The notes under the pieces are model-generated. The model did no database searches. It had not been told where the DNA came from and worked only from the letters and a program-made list of their open reading frames with translations. A stretch of 64,000 bases of DNA from Mobula hypostoma (taxonomy: Eukaryota). The stretch spans positions 115,012,001 through 115,076,000 of the forward strand of contig NC_086107.1 of NCBI RefSeq assembly GCF_963921235.1, given 5' to 3'. The translations under genes and the position numbers were made by a program. Shown here in pieces: positions 1 through 14,819 of this stretch (the stretch's first letter is position 1; every line of letters starts with the position of its first letter).

Positions 1-210
1 CTCTTTGTAAGGAGCTTGTACCTTCTCCCCGTGACCGAGTGCGTTTCCTCCGGGCGCTCCGGTTTCCGCCCATCCTCCAAAGGCGTATCGGTTGGTAGGA
101 TTATTGGTCATTGTAAACTGTCCCGTGATTAGGCTAGGATTAAATTGGGGGCTGCTGGGTAGCGTGGCTTGGGCCTATTCCATGGTGTATCTCAATAAAT
201 AAATAAATAA
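1..210 (+). mobile_element. V-SINE (HE1/Mermaid-like) 3' part
   Basis: Core TTCTCCCCGTGACC..GTTTCCTCCGGG.GCTCCGGTTTCC..CC, ending in an (AAAT)n tail; related copies at 34930 and 35430. Confidence 0.75.
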
Positions 211-970
211 AGAAAATTTAAGAAAAGCACACAACAATGCTTTTACTTCCCCAGGGGGCTATAAAATCAGTATTGTCGCTGTAGACTCTTAACGACGTTT
301 ATCAATATACTTTGCATTCTGTCCGGACGCACAGATCAGCAATAAACCGCAGAGTTGCGGACACAGCTCAGCACATCACGAAAACCAGTCTCCTCTCCGT
401 TGCCTCAGGAAAGCAGCCAGAATAATCAAAGACCTCTCTCACCCCGGACATACTCTTTTCTCACCCTTCTCGTCGGGCAGAAGCCTGAAAACATATTCCA
501 CCAGCCTCCCCGACCTCTCCTTGTAGCCGATGCCCTCTAATGCAGAGCGCATCCCGGTCGAACTCTCTTTCACCCTCTCCGAAGCCCCCTCCCCCCCCCC
601 ACCGTCCTGTAATGAGTCGTCCGGAAGGGCGCACAGTGTTCAAACTGTGGTGTGACACGTTCCATATAATTGCAATATGACTTTCTGACTCTTGTACTTA
701 ACCAATGAAGGCGAGCCTTCTTTAGCACCGATCTGCATGTGTGACCACTCTCAGGATGTGGTGGAGGTGATTCTGACCGCCCCCTTTAGGTCAACGTTGC
801 CAAGGAGCCTGTCATTAACTCCTCCCTTTACATTTGACCTTCCAAAGTGCAACACATTTTCTCTCACATAAACTCTCTCACACACTCTCTTTCACACAAA
901 CTCTCTCTCACACAGATTCTCTCTCTCAAACAATCTCTGTCTCACAGACTCTCTCTCTCACTCTGGGTCC

Positions 971-1955
971 ATCATTAGATTAGATTAGATTCAACTTTAT
1001 TGTCATTGTGCCGAGTACAGATACAAAACCAATGAAATGCAGATAGCATCTAAGCAGAAATGCAAAGAATAGTGTTATTTACAAAATAACTGCGAATAAA
1101 AAGTAAGTGCTACAGCACTCAAATATAAAAGTACTGAGACAGTACAATATGGGTGCAATACTGCTTAGCGCTGTGATGTGAGGTTCAGCAGGGTCACAGC
1201 CTCAGGGAAGAAGCTTTTCCTGTGCCTGCTGGTGCGGGAGCGGAGGCTCCTGTAGTGCCTATCGGATGGGAGGAGAGTAAAAAGTCCATGGTTAGGGTGA
1301 GATGCATCCATGATAATGCTTTTCGCCCTGCCCAGGCAGCGTTTATGGCAGATGTTCTCAATAGTGGGCGACTGGGTGCCGATAATCCGCTGGGCAGTTT
1401 TCACCACACGCTGGACTGCTTTGCGGTCTGATACGGGACAATTGCCATACCACACTGAGATGCAGTTGGTGAGTATGCTGTCAATGGTACAGCGGTAAAA
1501 GTCCGTCAGTATCCTGGGACAGAGGTGAGCTTTCTTCATGCTCCGCAGGAAATAAAGGCACTGTTGCGCCTTTTGGATCCGGATGCAGGAGTTCGGGGAC
1601 CAGGTGAGATCCTCGGAAATGTGGGCACCAAGGAATTTGAAGTTTGATACATGCTCCGCTACAGCTCCGTTGATGTAGTTGGGGACGTGAGTGTGGCTCC
1701 TAGCACGCCTGAAATCCACAATGATCTCCTTGGTCTTCTGGGTGTTAAGGGCCAGGTTGTTGTCGGTACATCACCCGGCCAGGTGCTGGACTTCATCCCT
1801 GTAGGCCGTCTCGTCATCCCCTCTGATCAGGCCACCCACTGTGGTGTCGTCTGCGAACTTGATTATGGAGTTAGAACCATGTACAGGAACGCAGTCACGG
1901 GTGAAAAGGGAGTACAGAAGAGGGCTCAGCACACAGCCCTGAGGCACGCCGGTGT
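971..1955 (-). mobile_element. Rex-Babar-type LINE, 5'-truncated (RT C-terminus and 3' tail)
   Basis: ORF 1165..1719 (KAQQCLYFLRS...WYGNC...HPNHGLFTLLPS). Upstream GCVLSPLLYS and KFADDT motifs. Short-repeat tail. Confidence 0.88.
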
Positions 1956-2406
1956 CTAACCTCCTCCCTCATAGCTCTGCTGGCTGTTCCACTTTCTTTA
2001 CTGGAGAGAGATGTGACTGTCGGCATTCTCTGATCTTCCAGCGCATCAATCTAAAGACGGTCCGAGGAGGGGTAAACGACACATTTGAGCATTTCTACAC
2101 TCCGTCATCGAGAGACTTTCTCTCTCTCTGTCTCTCCCTGTTTCTCACTCACACGCAAACACACGCACTGCCCCTCTCTCTCATTCACACACTTACACTC
2201 ACCTGCAGCCAGATAAACATTCAGTCACACACGGACACAAACGTAGACACAGACACACAGATACACACGCGGAGATACACAGAAAAACACACCCAGACAT
2301 ACATATACACACTCTCTCAGTCACATGCATACTCTCGATCACACAGTCACAGAGACAAATCCACTCTCTCACGACCCGCCCTCCCGCACAGAGACACAGA
2401 CAATTT

Positions 2407-3100
2407 ATAGTCATAGTCATACGTTATTGATCCCGGGGGAAATTGGTTTTCGTTACAGTTGCACCATAAATAATAAATAGTAATAGAACCATAAATAGTT
2501 AAATAGTAATATGTAAATTATGCCAGTAAATTATGGAATAAGTCCAGGACCAGCCTATTGTCTCAGGGTGTCTGACAACTTCAAGGGAGGAGTTGTAAAG
2601 TTTGATGGCCACAGGCAGGAATGATTTCCTATGACGCTCTGTGTTGCATCTCGGTGGAATGAGTCTCTGGCTGAATGTACTCCTGTGCCCACCTAGTACA
2701 TTATGTAGTGGATGGGAGACATTGTCCAAGATGGCATGCAACTTGGACAGCATCCTCTTTTCAGACACCACCGTCAGAGAGTCCAGTTCCATCCCCACAA
2801 CATCACTGGCCTTACGAATGAGTTTGTTGATTCTGTTAGTGTCTGCTACCCTCAGCCTGCTGCCCCAGCACACAACAGCAAACACAATAGCACTGGCCAC
2901 CACAGACTCGTAGAACATCCTCAGCATCGTCCGGCAGATGTTAAAGGACCTCAGTCTCCTCAGGAAATAGAGGTGGCTCTGACCCTTCTTGTAGACAGCC
3001 TCAGTGTTCTTTGACCAGTCCAGTTTATTGTCAATTCGTATCCCCAGATATTTGTAATCCTTCACCATGTCCACACTGACCCCCTGGATGGAAACAGGGG
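2407..3100 (-). mobile_element. Rex-Babar-type LINE 3' fragment
   Basis: ORF 2499..3074 (YKYLG..DNKLDW...LYFLRRLRSF...SHPLH); short-repeat tail at 2407. Confidence 0.85.
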
Positions 3101-3289
3101 TCTCTCACGCACAAACAGAAAAAGGCACGCACAGACACACTAACACAAAGACACTCACATCGACACACACACACTGACATACAGCCACACAGTCGGTCAT
3201 ATACACACTCATTCACAAACACACATTCACAGATACCTACACTGTCTCACGCACACTCACTCAGAGATACATGCACAGATATTCTCAGA

Positions 3290-3317
3290 CACAGGCGCGC
3301 GCGCGCGCACATACACA

Positions 3318-3370
<53 letters not shown>
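3290..3370. repeat. (GC)n-(CA)n microsatellite within a degenerate CA-rich region (2120-3600)
   Basis: Direct inspection. Confidence 0.9.
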
Positions 3371-3373
<3 letters not shown>

Positions 3374-3599
3374 CTCTCATGCACACACTTTCTCATTTTC
3401 TGACTTGGACACGCACACACAGGCACCTTTCCACTCATGTGCACGCAGAGAAAGACTCCCCCCACCCCATCACACAGGAAAGCAGCAGACAGACATGCAC
3501 AATGACACAAAGTACAGATACATAAAACACACACAAGCACATACACACACAGACAGACTGATACACACACACACACACCTCAGTCATCCACACGCACTA

Positions 3600-6500
3600 C
3601 ATAACAAAAGAACATAAGGAATAGGAACAGGAGCAGGACAGCCGGCCTGTCGAGCCTGCTCCGCCATTCAATAAGATCATAGTTGATCTGGATATGGACT
3701 CACCTCTGCCTTTTCCCCGTAACCCTTACATCCCTTATTATGCAAAAATCAATCCAACCTTGTCAGTACCCCACCCCTCTTCCCCATCATCTAGAACGGG
3801 GATCGATGACTTACTGCGGCTAGACCCCCCCGTCCAACAAGACTAGCCTCAGCACTGTCGATCTCTGGTGTCCTGTGTGCAGATTTGGGCATCCTTTTAT
3901 AGGTAAGACATTGTCGAGCTGGAGGGGATGCAGAGAGATCTGGAAGATAGAACAGCACAGGCTCTTCAGTCCCTGAGGAAGAGCCGATGTTTTGACTTAC
4001 TCCACTATCGACCTAACCATTCCTTCCTACATAGCCTCCATTCTCCATTTTTCTTTCACCCACGTGCTTTCCGAGTCTCTTAGCTGTCCTTAATATGTCT
4101 GTCTCTAACATCACTCCTGGTAGTGTGTTCCATGTTCCCTCCACCCTGTGCGAAAGTAGTCTACGCTGATATCCCGTCTCCCACCTTTTTTCCTTCAATC
4201 ACCTTAAAATTATGCCTTCTCCTATTAATTATTTCCGTCGTGGGAAAAATATCTGACTGTCTACTTAAACTAATGATCACAGATATTAGCAGTTTTCGCC
4301 CTGGCATAAAGGCGCTGGCTATCTACCTTATTTATTGAACATAGAAATTTACAGCACAGTACAGGCCCTTTGGCACACAATGTTGTGCCGACTATGTAAC
4401 CTACTCTAGAAGCTGCCTCGAATTTTCCTACCGCATAGCCCTCTATTTTTCTAAGCTCCATGTACCTATCCAAGAATCTCTTAAAAGACCCTATTGTATC
4501 CTCCTCTACTACCGCCGCCGGCAGCGCATTCCACACACCCACCACTCTCCGCGTGAAGAACTTACCTCTGACATCCCCCTTGTACCTACTTCCAAGCACC
4601 TTAAAACTATGCCCCCTCGTGTTAGCCATTTCAGCCGAGGGAAAAAGCTTTTGGCTATTCACATGATCAATGCCTCTCATCATCTTATACACCTCTATCA
4701 GGTCACCTCTCATCCTCCGTCACTCTATGGAGAAAAGGCCAAGTTCACTCAAACTATTCTTATAAGGCACGCTCCCCAATCCAGGCAACATCATTGTAAA
4801 TCTCCTCTGTACTCTCTCTATAGTATCCACATCCTTCCTGTAGTCAGGTGACCAGACTGAGCACAATACTCTAAGTGGGGTCGAACCAACGTATATATAG
4901 CTATAACATTACCTCACGGCTCTTGAACTCAGTCCCACGGTTGATGAAGGGGATCACACCATATGCTTTCTTAACAACACTGTCAACCAGCACAGCCGCT
5001 TAGAGTGTCCCAAGGACACGGACTCCAAAATCTCGCTGATCCTCCAAACTGCCAAGAGTCTTACCATTACTATTATAGTCTGTCTTCAAATCTGACCTAC
5101 CGAAATGAACCACTTCACACTTACCCGGTTTGAACTCCATCTGCCACTTCTCAGCCCAGTTCTGCATCCTATCGATGTCCCACTGTAAGCGCAGGGATTT
5201 CAGAATGGACCTCTGCGGAACACTATTAGTCATCGACCTCCAAGCAAGAATACTTCCATCTATTACCACTCTCTGCTTTTTGTGGGCAAGCCATTTCGAA
5301 ATCCACGCAGCCGTTTCCTTGGATCCCATGGTTCCTGACTTTCCGAAAGACCCAACCATCGAACCTTACCGAAGGCCTTGCTAAAATCCATACATACCCC
5401 AACCATTGCTCTACCTTCGTTAATGTTTATTTTTAATTTCCTCAAAGACATCAATCAGGCTGGTGAGTCATGTTCTGCCCCACCCAAAAACATGCTGACT
5501 ATTCCTAATCAGATTATGCTTCTCCAAATACTCATAAATCCTGTCTGTAAGAATCTTCTCCAGGAGTTTGCCCAACATTAAACTAAGACTCACTGATTCT
5601 CAGAAGTATCCCTACTCCCTTTCCTGAACAAAGGAATAACACCTGTCAACCTCCAATCGTCTTGTACTACTCCTGTGCCAGTCGGGATGCAAAGATCATT
5701 GCCAAAGGAGCAGCAATCTCTTCTTGTGGCGATCTGGGACATGACCTATTCGGTCCAGGGGACTTTTCTATCCAAATCTTTTTCAAATGTTCCTGCACAC
5801 CCTCCTTCTTAACGTCGACATGTTCTAGCTCATTCGCCGGTGTTACACTGTCCTCACATTTGTTGAGGTCTCTCTAACTGGTGAATACTGAAGCAGATAT
5901 TCATCAATGACCTCTCCTACCTCCTCCAGCTCCAGGAACGTGTTTCCTTTTGTATCCCTTATCGGCACTACCTCACTCTGGCCATCCTTCTGTTGTTCAC
6001 AGACGTACAGAACACTTTCGGGATTTCGCCAACGTCTTCTTATGAACGCACCAGTCTATTCTTGAGTTCCTTCCTGGTCATTTGCAATTCCCTAGAGTCC
6101 TATCTGATATCTGCTTCCTAAACATTGAAAAAGCTTCCTTCTTCTTGTAGACCAGATGTTCCACTTCTGTTATCAAATATTGTTCCTTCAATGTCTCATC
6201 CATTCCCTACCTCAATGGGACAAACCCATCCAGAACCCAGTGCAAGTACTCCCTACGTTTCTGTTGTGCATTACAGCGAGTACTTCTGAGCCGAATTCAC
6301 ACTCCAAAGTTCCTGCCTAATGTCATCATAATTCTCCCTCCTCCAATTAAATACTTTCCCATACCGTCTGCTCCTGTCCCTGTCTAAGGCGATGGTAAAG
6401 GTCAGGCAGCTGTGGTCACTTTCTCTCAAATGGTCTCTCACTGAAAGATCTGTCACCCGATCAAGTTCATTGCCGAGTAACAGATCTAGTAATGCCTCTC

Positions 6501-7450
6501 CTCTAGTTGCTTGTCTGCATATTGTGAAAGGTGGATAGACGTTTGCATACTAGGGGAATTAAGAGCTGTAGGGAAAAAGCAGGTAAGTGGAGATGAGTCT
6601 ATGAGTCTAACATCAGACATGTTCGTATTGAATGGCCTGCTCCTGCTCCAATGTCCTTATGAAGGCTTCTTGGTCACACCAAAAAGTTACGCCCCATGGT
6701 AAGATTTTTCACTGAAGAAGCGCCAATCAATATTAAAGAAGTTGAAGTTATCTATGACAATAACCCTGTTATTTTTGCACCTGTCCAAAATCTGCTTCCT
6801 GATCTGTGCCTCGATATCTCCTTTGCTATTGGGAAATCTATAGAATACTTCGAATAGAGTGATTGCTCCCGTCCTGGTTCTGGCTTCCACCATTCCCCCC
6901 CCCCCCCCCCACATATTGACTCAGTATACGAACCCTCCACGATGTTCTCCATTTTGTGAACTGTGATTCTATCCCTGATTAGCTGTGATTCTCTCCTCTC
7001 CAGCCTCCCCTCTTGTTCATTTTGAATCATCTGCGGCCCGGACTGTCCAGTCCTACCCCTGTGACAGCCAAGTCTCTATAATGTCAGAACTTCGTAGTTT
7101 CCTGTACTGACCCACGCCCCAGTTTCATCAGAGTCACAGAGCACCACAACACAGAGGCAGGCCTGTTGGCCTACTTAGTCCATGCTGAACTATTGTTCTG
7201 CCGATTCCCCTCGATCTTCCCACCGTGCCCCCTCCCATCCATGTCCTTATCCGAACCTCTGTCATATCACGAAATCAAACCCGCATCCACCATTTCCGCG
7301 GGTAGCTCTTTCCACACTTTCACAGCCCTCTGAGTGCGGAAGTCTCCCTTCATGTTCCCCTGAAACATTTCACCTTTCATCCTTAACCCACGGCCTCTAT
7401 TTCTAGTCTCACCCGGTTTTCTGACCAGCTGCATCGGGAACTGGAAGGCT
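3600..7450 (-). mobile_element. Cluster of degraded CR1 LINE ORF2 fragments
   Basis: ORFs with MRGDLIEVYKMMRG...[33 protein letters not shown] and SDH endonuclease remnants; many stops and frameshifts. Confidence 0.85.
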
Positions 7451-7869
7451 ACCGACCACAAGTCCATACAAAGTATTGTGAGGACTGCAGAAGAGATCAT
7501 CACCTTTGTTCCCGATACTTCTAGCATTAAGATAGACACAATTCAACCCACCCCACTGGCTGTTGTTGTGCTCTTCCCACTGTATATTTGTTCCTCACAT
7601 TTAAGAGAAGTTTGGCTAGGCCCAAGGGCCTGGTGCTCTATGACTCTTCCTGCAGGCTGCAGAAAAGTCCCCATTCTGACTCGGTTCTTATCCCATCTCT
7701 CCTCCTCGCCTGCACATCAACTCTCTGTGGTTCCCCCTCCTCCTCCCCTGTGTTCCACATTCCACTGTCTTTTCCTGTGAGCCTCCTTCTCCCTCCGCCC
7801 TTTACCTCTTCCGCCGATCACCTCCTAATTTCGCACTTCCTTCCCCCCTCCCCACCCACGCACCCTTCC

Positions 7870-9900
7870 CCTCGACCGGTCTCAAGTGAGAAACGGGACA
7901 AAAGAGTGGAAACTGCCCTGGAGAAACTGAAATAGGCTAGAACCACTCTGAACAAAAAGAAACGCAAGTTTGCAAAGTTGGAGGCGACTGTCCTCAGAGG
8001 AAATTCAACCAGATTCAGACAAACTGGCAGGAATATGGATCAAGCTACGAATGTATGAGAGATCTGAAGTTTCTTTGGTATGTTAACCCAATTGGGAAAG
8101 TTAGTCAAAGTCATAGTCATACTTTACTGATCCCGGGAGAAATTGGTTTAGTTACAGTTACACCATAAATAATAAGTAGTAATAATCCTGTGAGTACGGA
8201 TGGCCAGCTGATGCTCACGAACTCAATTCCTTACTGTCTTGCCATTCTTGATGGTTTGCTGCCTGAGAGCTCCAGACTCGTCATTCCTGCCTCTATACAA
8301 GCCAAAATCATCAGTCAAACCCACCAAGGACATCAAGGCATCGAAAAATGTCGCCTAAGAACACAGCAATCCATCTGGTCTGACCACACAGCGGGGAAAT
8401 TATGTAAAGCAATGTGAAGCATGTAGAAAACTGAACAAAAATCATAGAACCATAGAACCACAGAACATTACAGCACAGAAACAGGCCTTTTGGCCCATCT
8501 TGGCTGTGCCGAACCATTTTTCTGCCTAGTTCCACTGACCTGCACACGGACCATATCCCTCCATACACCTCCCATCCATGTATCTGTCCAAGTTTTTCTT
8601 AAATGTTAAAAGTGAGCCCACATTTACCACTTCATCTGGCAGCTCATTCCACACTCCCACCACTCTCTGTGTGAAGAAGCCCCCCCTAATGTTCCCTTTA
8701 AACTCCCCCCCCCCCCACCCTTAACCCATGTCCTCTGGTTTTTTTCTCCCCTTGCCTCAGTGGAAAAAGCCTGCTTGCATTCACTATCTATACCCATCAT
8801 AATTTTATATCTTTTAAATCCTAGGCCCAGGTTTGCCAAGTACTCGGATTTAACATCACATCTGGGTAGCAAATGTACCTGAATGAAATCTGCTTTCCAT
8901 TCAACCTCTGCAGGTGTAAATGGATTTCATAAATCAACAGTTGTGTGTGAAACACAAGCAAATACAACAGCCTTGATGGAACTGTCCTCTGCACGGGAAT
9001 TCAGAAACTCTTTTGGCAGGAAGATGCAGTTCTTTTGTTGGTGTCTTGGAACAGTGGAGCATAAAAACGTAACGGTAAAAGGAGAAATGGGGAATGTTAA
9101 AGAGGCGAGATTTAAAGGCAATGTGAGGGGCAAGTTCTTTACCCACAGACCGGTGAATGCCTATACTGGGTTTCCAGGGGTGGGCGTGGAAACAAGCAGA
9201 CTGGTGCCGTTTTTAGACAGACACACAAAAGTGAAGAGTATGGAGGGATATGGATGATTCACAATGGAACATTTAATATAAATTGGCATCAAGATCGGCA
9301 AAACATTTTGGGTTGAATGAGAGAAGGGTTCCCCCCCTCCACTTGCTGCCTTTCTCCATTCCCTATTCTGGTTACTCCTGTCCCCGCTTCTCTTCTCAAC
9401 ACCGCCCTCTGGTGCTCCGTCTCCTTCCCTTTCCCCCCTGGCCCGCTCTTCTCTCCTATTAGGTTCCTCTTTTTCAGCTCTTCACCTCTTCCTCCTATCT
9501 CCATGCCCTCTCTCTCTGTCCCACAGAATTCCCAGACTTTCCATGGGAAATTGCAGACCCAGACATTTTCTAGATGAAAAGACAGAAATATCTTCTCGCT
9601 GTGAATGAAGGCTGAGGAGTCCAAGCTGTCCCCTGCATCCTCAGCAGCACCTGAAAGCTGTATTTGCTCACCATGGGATAGCACACGTACTTGTGTCAGG
9701 CACGGTCCACAATCCAGCTGCTCACGATTGAACGCCTATGTTAGGACCCTTGAGTTCAAACAACGGAAAAGCACTCCAGAGTACCCGCTGGCAAAATGAG
9801 AAGCGGAAAGAGCAGTGTGCGAGGTTTGTTAACATTTTCCCATTGAAGGCAAAAGGCCCCTACAACGCACCGCTAGCTTATCGCTACACACTTCTGGTAC
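7870..9900 (+). pseudogene. Gypsy/Ty3 LTR-retrotransposon pol (RT-integrase) relic, split by later insertions
   Basis: RLVIPASIQAKIISQTHQGHQGIEKCRLRTQQSIW (integrase Zn-binding region); KSTPEYP..*EAERAV-like integrase core near 9770-9825. Confidence 0.7.
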
Positions 9901-9984
9901 AGGCAATATCCTCATAATTCCGTTCTGCGCCCTACCCAGATAGCTTTTCCTTGGAGAGACGGAGGATGAGAGGTGGCCTGATAA

Positions 9985-10325
9985 GATGATGAGGGACATT
10001 GATCGTGTGGATAATCGGAGGCTTTTTCCCAAGGCTGAAATGGCTAGAACGAGAGGACACCGTTTTAAGGTGCTTGGAAGTAGGTACGGAGGAGATGTCA
10101 GGGGTAAATTTTTTTGCACAGAGAGTGGTGAGTGCGTGGAATGGGCTGCCGGCAACAGTGGTGGAGGAGGAAATGATAGGGTCTTTTAAGAGACTCCTGG
10201 ACAGGTACATGGAGCTCAGAAAAATAGAGGGTAACCCGAGGTAATTTCTAAGGTAAGGATATGTTCGGCACAGCTTTGTGGGCCGAAGGGCTGTAGGTTT
10301 TCTATGTTTCTGTGTTTTATATGAA
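9985..10325 (+). mobile_element. CR1 3' end
   Basis: TRGHRFKVLGSRY..DVRGKFF; same subfamily as 4338-4720. Confidence 0.85.
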
Positions 10326-11418
10326 AGTAGACAGGGTGGCGAACAAAGCGTTTGTCGCTGGCCTTCATCAACCGGAGCACTGGATATGAGTTGGGACGTC
10401 ATGTTGCTGTTGTATAAGATGTTACCGAGGCTTCATTTGGTGTGTCGTCCGCATTGCCACTCGCCCAGGTTCATTAAAATAGCTGCTATCGTTTTCCGTG
10501 GGGCGAAGTGTCTAAAACTTACATATAAGTTAAGGGGGGAAAGTTTAAAGGAATAGATGTATTGGTTTATTGCTATCACTAGCACAGTGAAAAGCTTCCC
10601 TTGCATACGGTTCCTGCAGATCAAAACATCACGCTGAGCATTGAGATACAACGTTAGAAGAATGCAGAGCGAACTGATACAGTTACGGAGAAAGGGGAGT
10701 GCAGACAGACAATAAGATACAAAGGCCACGGCGAGGTAGATTGTAGGTTAAAAGCCGTCCTATTGTACAAGAGACCGTTCAATAGTCTTACAGCAATGGG
10801 GTAGAAGCTTTCCTTGATTCTGATGGGACGTGCTTTCAGGCTTTCGTATTTTCTGGCCGGACGGCGAGGTGGAGGGGCAGTTTGGGGTAGTAGGGATGGA
10901 GATTGGAGGAGGGAGATGTGGATGGGATCAGTACCGAGGGGCCATGGTGCAGGCCCGGTTCCAATGGGCCCAACCATCGGATTCTGTGCGGTAGCGGTAT
11001 ATGGCACTATATGCGAACCTGGAGAGTGGTGACTGTCTGGAATGCCCTGTCAGGGGTGGTGCTGGAAGCAGATGCAATAGAGGCGTTCATTGCGCTCTTA
11101 GATAGGTAGGCACATGGATGTGCAGTCTGTGGAAGGATATAGGACGTAGGCAGAAGGGATTAATTTAGTTGGGCGTTTGATTACTGTTAATTAATTCGGC
11201 ACAGCCGTATGGGTGGGAGGGCCTATTCTTGTGTTGTCCTGTTCGGCCCTGCCTTCATTGATCTTCTTGATTACTTCCGCCCAAGAGCTCCAGTGGTTCG
11301 ATTCCGACCACTGCCTCTGTCCGTGTGTGGCGTACGTACCTTCCCCCAGTCTCCTCCGGGCGTTTCGAACCCTTCCACATTCCAACGACATACGGGGCGG
11401 GTGGATGGGTGAATCAGT

Positions 11419-11420
<2 letters not shown>

Positions 11421-11493
<73 letters not shown>

Positions 11494-11508
11494 TTGTGTG
11501 TTTGTGTG

Positions 11509-11543
<35 letters not shown>

Positions 11544-11545
11544 GT
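11421..11545. repeat. (TG)n microsatellite
   Basis: Direct inspection. Confidence 0.95.
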
Positions 11546-11659
11546 GGGGGGGGTGTAGAATCTGGTGGTGGGAGGATGGGCCCATTCCCATGTCTAATTC
11601 AGTTTTTATGCAGTGCTCGAGTTCAAGTTCCAGTTCTGGTCACTCTTTTTTTGTTATGT

Positions 11660-12160
11660 TAGCCCATGGCCTCCTCTACTACCGCGATGAGACCACACTC
11701 AGGTTGGAGGAGCAACACCTTATATTCCGTCTGGATAGCCTCCAACCTGTTGGCATGAACATCGATTCCTCGAACTTCTGGTAATTTCACTCCCCACCCT
11801 CCCGTCATCATGCCCTATTCCCATTTCCTTCCTTCTCTTTATCTGTCCGTCACCATCCTTTGGTGTCCTCCCCCTTCCCTTTTTCCATGGCCTTCTGTCC
11901 TCTCCTATCAGTCTCCTTCTTCTCCAACCCTTTATCTCTTTTACCTATTGACATTCTAAGTCTTTACTTCAATGACACCCCCCCCCCCCCGCGGTTTCAC
12001 CTATCCCTACTATCTTGTACTTCTTCCTCTCTTCCCCCAACCTCTTAGGCTGACGTCCTTATCTCTTTTTTCCAGTCCTAATGAGGGGTGTCGGCCCGAA
12101 GTGTTTACTATACTCTTCTCCATAGATGCTGCCTGGACCGCTGAATTCCTCCAGCAGTAC
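11660..12160 (+). mobile_element. Penelope-like element 3' remnant (GIY-YIG C-terminus and pLTR)
   Basis: HGLLYYRDETTLRLEEQHLIFRLDSLQPVGMNIDSS, then a pyrimidine tract and a decayed hammerhead-like motif at ~12073-12109. Confidence 0.7.
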
Positions 12161-14819
12161 AGGTATTACTAGCAATGAAACAGGATCGGGGTAAATGTCT
12201 CTGACCGATCTGTGGACAACACCCCCACCTAGCGGTCTTCCCCCGCGATGCACCTTCCTCTGGATCTGCGGAGAACCGCGAGCAGATTCCGGTTGTCACC
12301 GGAGACGCCAACAAATTTCTACGGATGTACGGTGGAGAGCATTCCCACTGGTCGTGTCAGTGCCCGATACGAGAATTCCAACGCACAGGATCGCGAGAAG
12401 CCCCAAGATGTTGTAGATTCAGTCAGCTGCATCATGATGGATACAAGTCTCAGCACCACCGAGGACTCCTTCAAGTGTTCGTGTCTCAAAAGGGCATTGT
12501 CACTCACTAAAATCCTCACCACTTGGGACATGACTCCTTCTTGTTACTACTATCGGGGAAGGGGTACAAGACACTTGAGACTCACACTCGGGACCAGCTC
12601 CTACTCTGCTATCAGATTTATGAATGGCCCATGAACTCTGCCTTATTATTCTTCATTTGCTCTCCTAGTTTGTAACTTGCAGTTTTTGTCTTACATGTTT
12701 CTGCAAAACATTATTTTTCAGGAGATAACTCAACGATATAAACCCGATTCTGATTCCTGGTGGTATGCTCCAAGAAAGCCAAGCCCGACCGACCGAGGCC
12801 GGGAGTGACCCGGGGCCTGAGATTCTTTGGACCACGTTTCCATTCGCGTCAAACACTTCACGATTTCTGACACCGCCCCGGCGGTGGGAGGGGATGCAAG
12901 GCTCCAACTTGGCATCCCCTCCTCGCAACATCTCACACCATTCAAGCACCCAAAGACCACTTGATGAAGTAAAAGGCGCTGGCCAGTACACGGGGGGAGG
13001 TAGAGAGCTCAGTAATGTGGTTCAAAGACTGAAAGAGGATTCAAAGGTTCAAAGTACATTTATTGTCAAAGTATGTACGCAGTATACAGCCCCGAGATTC
13101 CTCTTCCCCGAAGACAGCCACGAAAAGAAGAAAAACATGGAACCTATTCAAATAAAATAATCAACTCCACGTGTGCAAAAAAAAAGCAGCTCAAACTGCA
13201 ACCACAGCAAAACACGAGCGAAAACCACATAATTTAAAATACAAAACTGAAGGACTCCAGGCAAAATTCAGTTCAACTCAGCGTCGTTATCTGCAGGCCG
13301 CTCCGATTCAATGTCGCCCAAAATTGCAACAGAAAAGGGAGGGACCAGAAACCAGTAACACATCGTAACGTGAACTACAGAGACTAACTCACAATCCGCG
13401 TCGATTAAACTTTGCCCTAGACCCAGGACTCCAGTACCATCTTCCGACAACACCAAGGGAGCGAGAGAGACCATTCGAACACAGGGTCTCCTTCGGAAGT
13501 AGCGAGCGAGGGGGCGGGGTATACGGTCACACGCGGAGACCTTTCGCAGGTGGCAACGAGCGAGGGGCCGGTAGAATAGACGGTGCTGAACACTCGCTAG
13601 CCTTCCGCGCTGGCCTCAGTGGTTTCAATCTTTGTCGGGGTCGGTGAGAAGTGGAGATTCGCGCCCCGTCTTGAAGCTTCTTGGCCTCGAGGCCGAACAC
13701 CTCACAGGACCTCCTCGGAGACAGCAAAGCGCCAGATTGCTCAATCGGCCCGAAAACACTCTGTTAAACTGTAGGTCACAGGCGCCAACAGCATCAGAAC
13801 CAAATTTGAAAGAAGACGCAAAAGAAGTTAAAGGAACTCGTTTCCTGAACTCTATGAGGATGTCGCCCTTGATCGGGTACGCTGACGCCACCTTCTGAAG
13901 GATGAATGGTGCTATAACAACACGCATTCCCTCAAGACAATAGAGCTGGCCATCGACTTCAGGAACGGGATCGATGCACACGCTCCTGTTTACATCAGCG
14001 GCCCAGAGGGCTCAGAGCCTCAAGTTCCTCCTCTGTGCTGGTCCATCAACGTGTTCGCCACAGCCAAGGAGGCGCAACAACTGGAACCATTTGTCTGAAC
14101 AGTATGCAAGGTGAGCTTTTCGCTGCAGCTCGGTTCATGCAAGAATAAGAAAATAATTTATGTTTCGCTTCTTCCTCTTCCCCTCCCCACCGGCAGAAAA
14201 TACAGAAGCCCGAAAACACACCCCACCATACTGAAGGACAGCTTCCAACCCAAGACACACGGGGCAGCAGCTATGGAGAATCTCTGCCGGAAACGTCAAA
14301 CGTTTATTCCTCTCCACAGATACTGCCTGACCTGCTGAGTTTCTCCAGCATTTTCTGTGTGTTGCTGAAAGGTTTCAGCATCTGCAGAATTTCTTCTGTC
14401 TCAGCTTCCACCTCACCGTTCTGATTCTCAAAAGATGGACAATTGATCTCACAATGTACCTCAGCGTGGTCCCAGCACCTTATTGTGTGCCTGTACTGAA
14501 ACTTTTCTGTAACTGTTGCACTTTATTCTGCAGTCTGTTATTGTTTTACCTGGTTCTACCTCAATCCACAGTGTAATGATCTAATCTGTATGGACCGTAT
14601 GCGAATCAATTTTTTACTCTATCCCCGCACGCGTGAGAATAATTATAAGGCAATTCCAATACTAAAGGGTCCTTCATGCTTGAAATAACTACTCATTTTT
14701 ATATCTTTCCACAAAGTTGTCTCTATCCCTTGGTTACAAGCTTTTTCTGCATCATCGACTCCGACACCTCACACCCGTTATCTTCCCAGCCGCCTCCCTC
14801 ATGTTTATTAAAACTGGGA

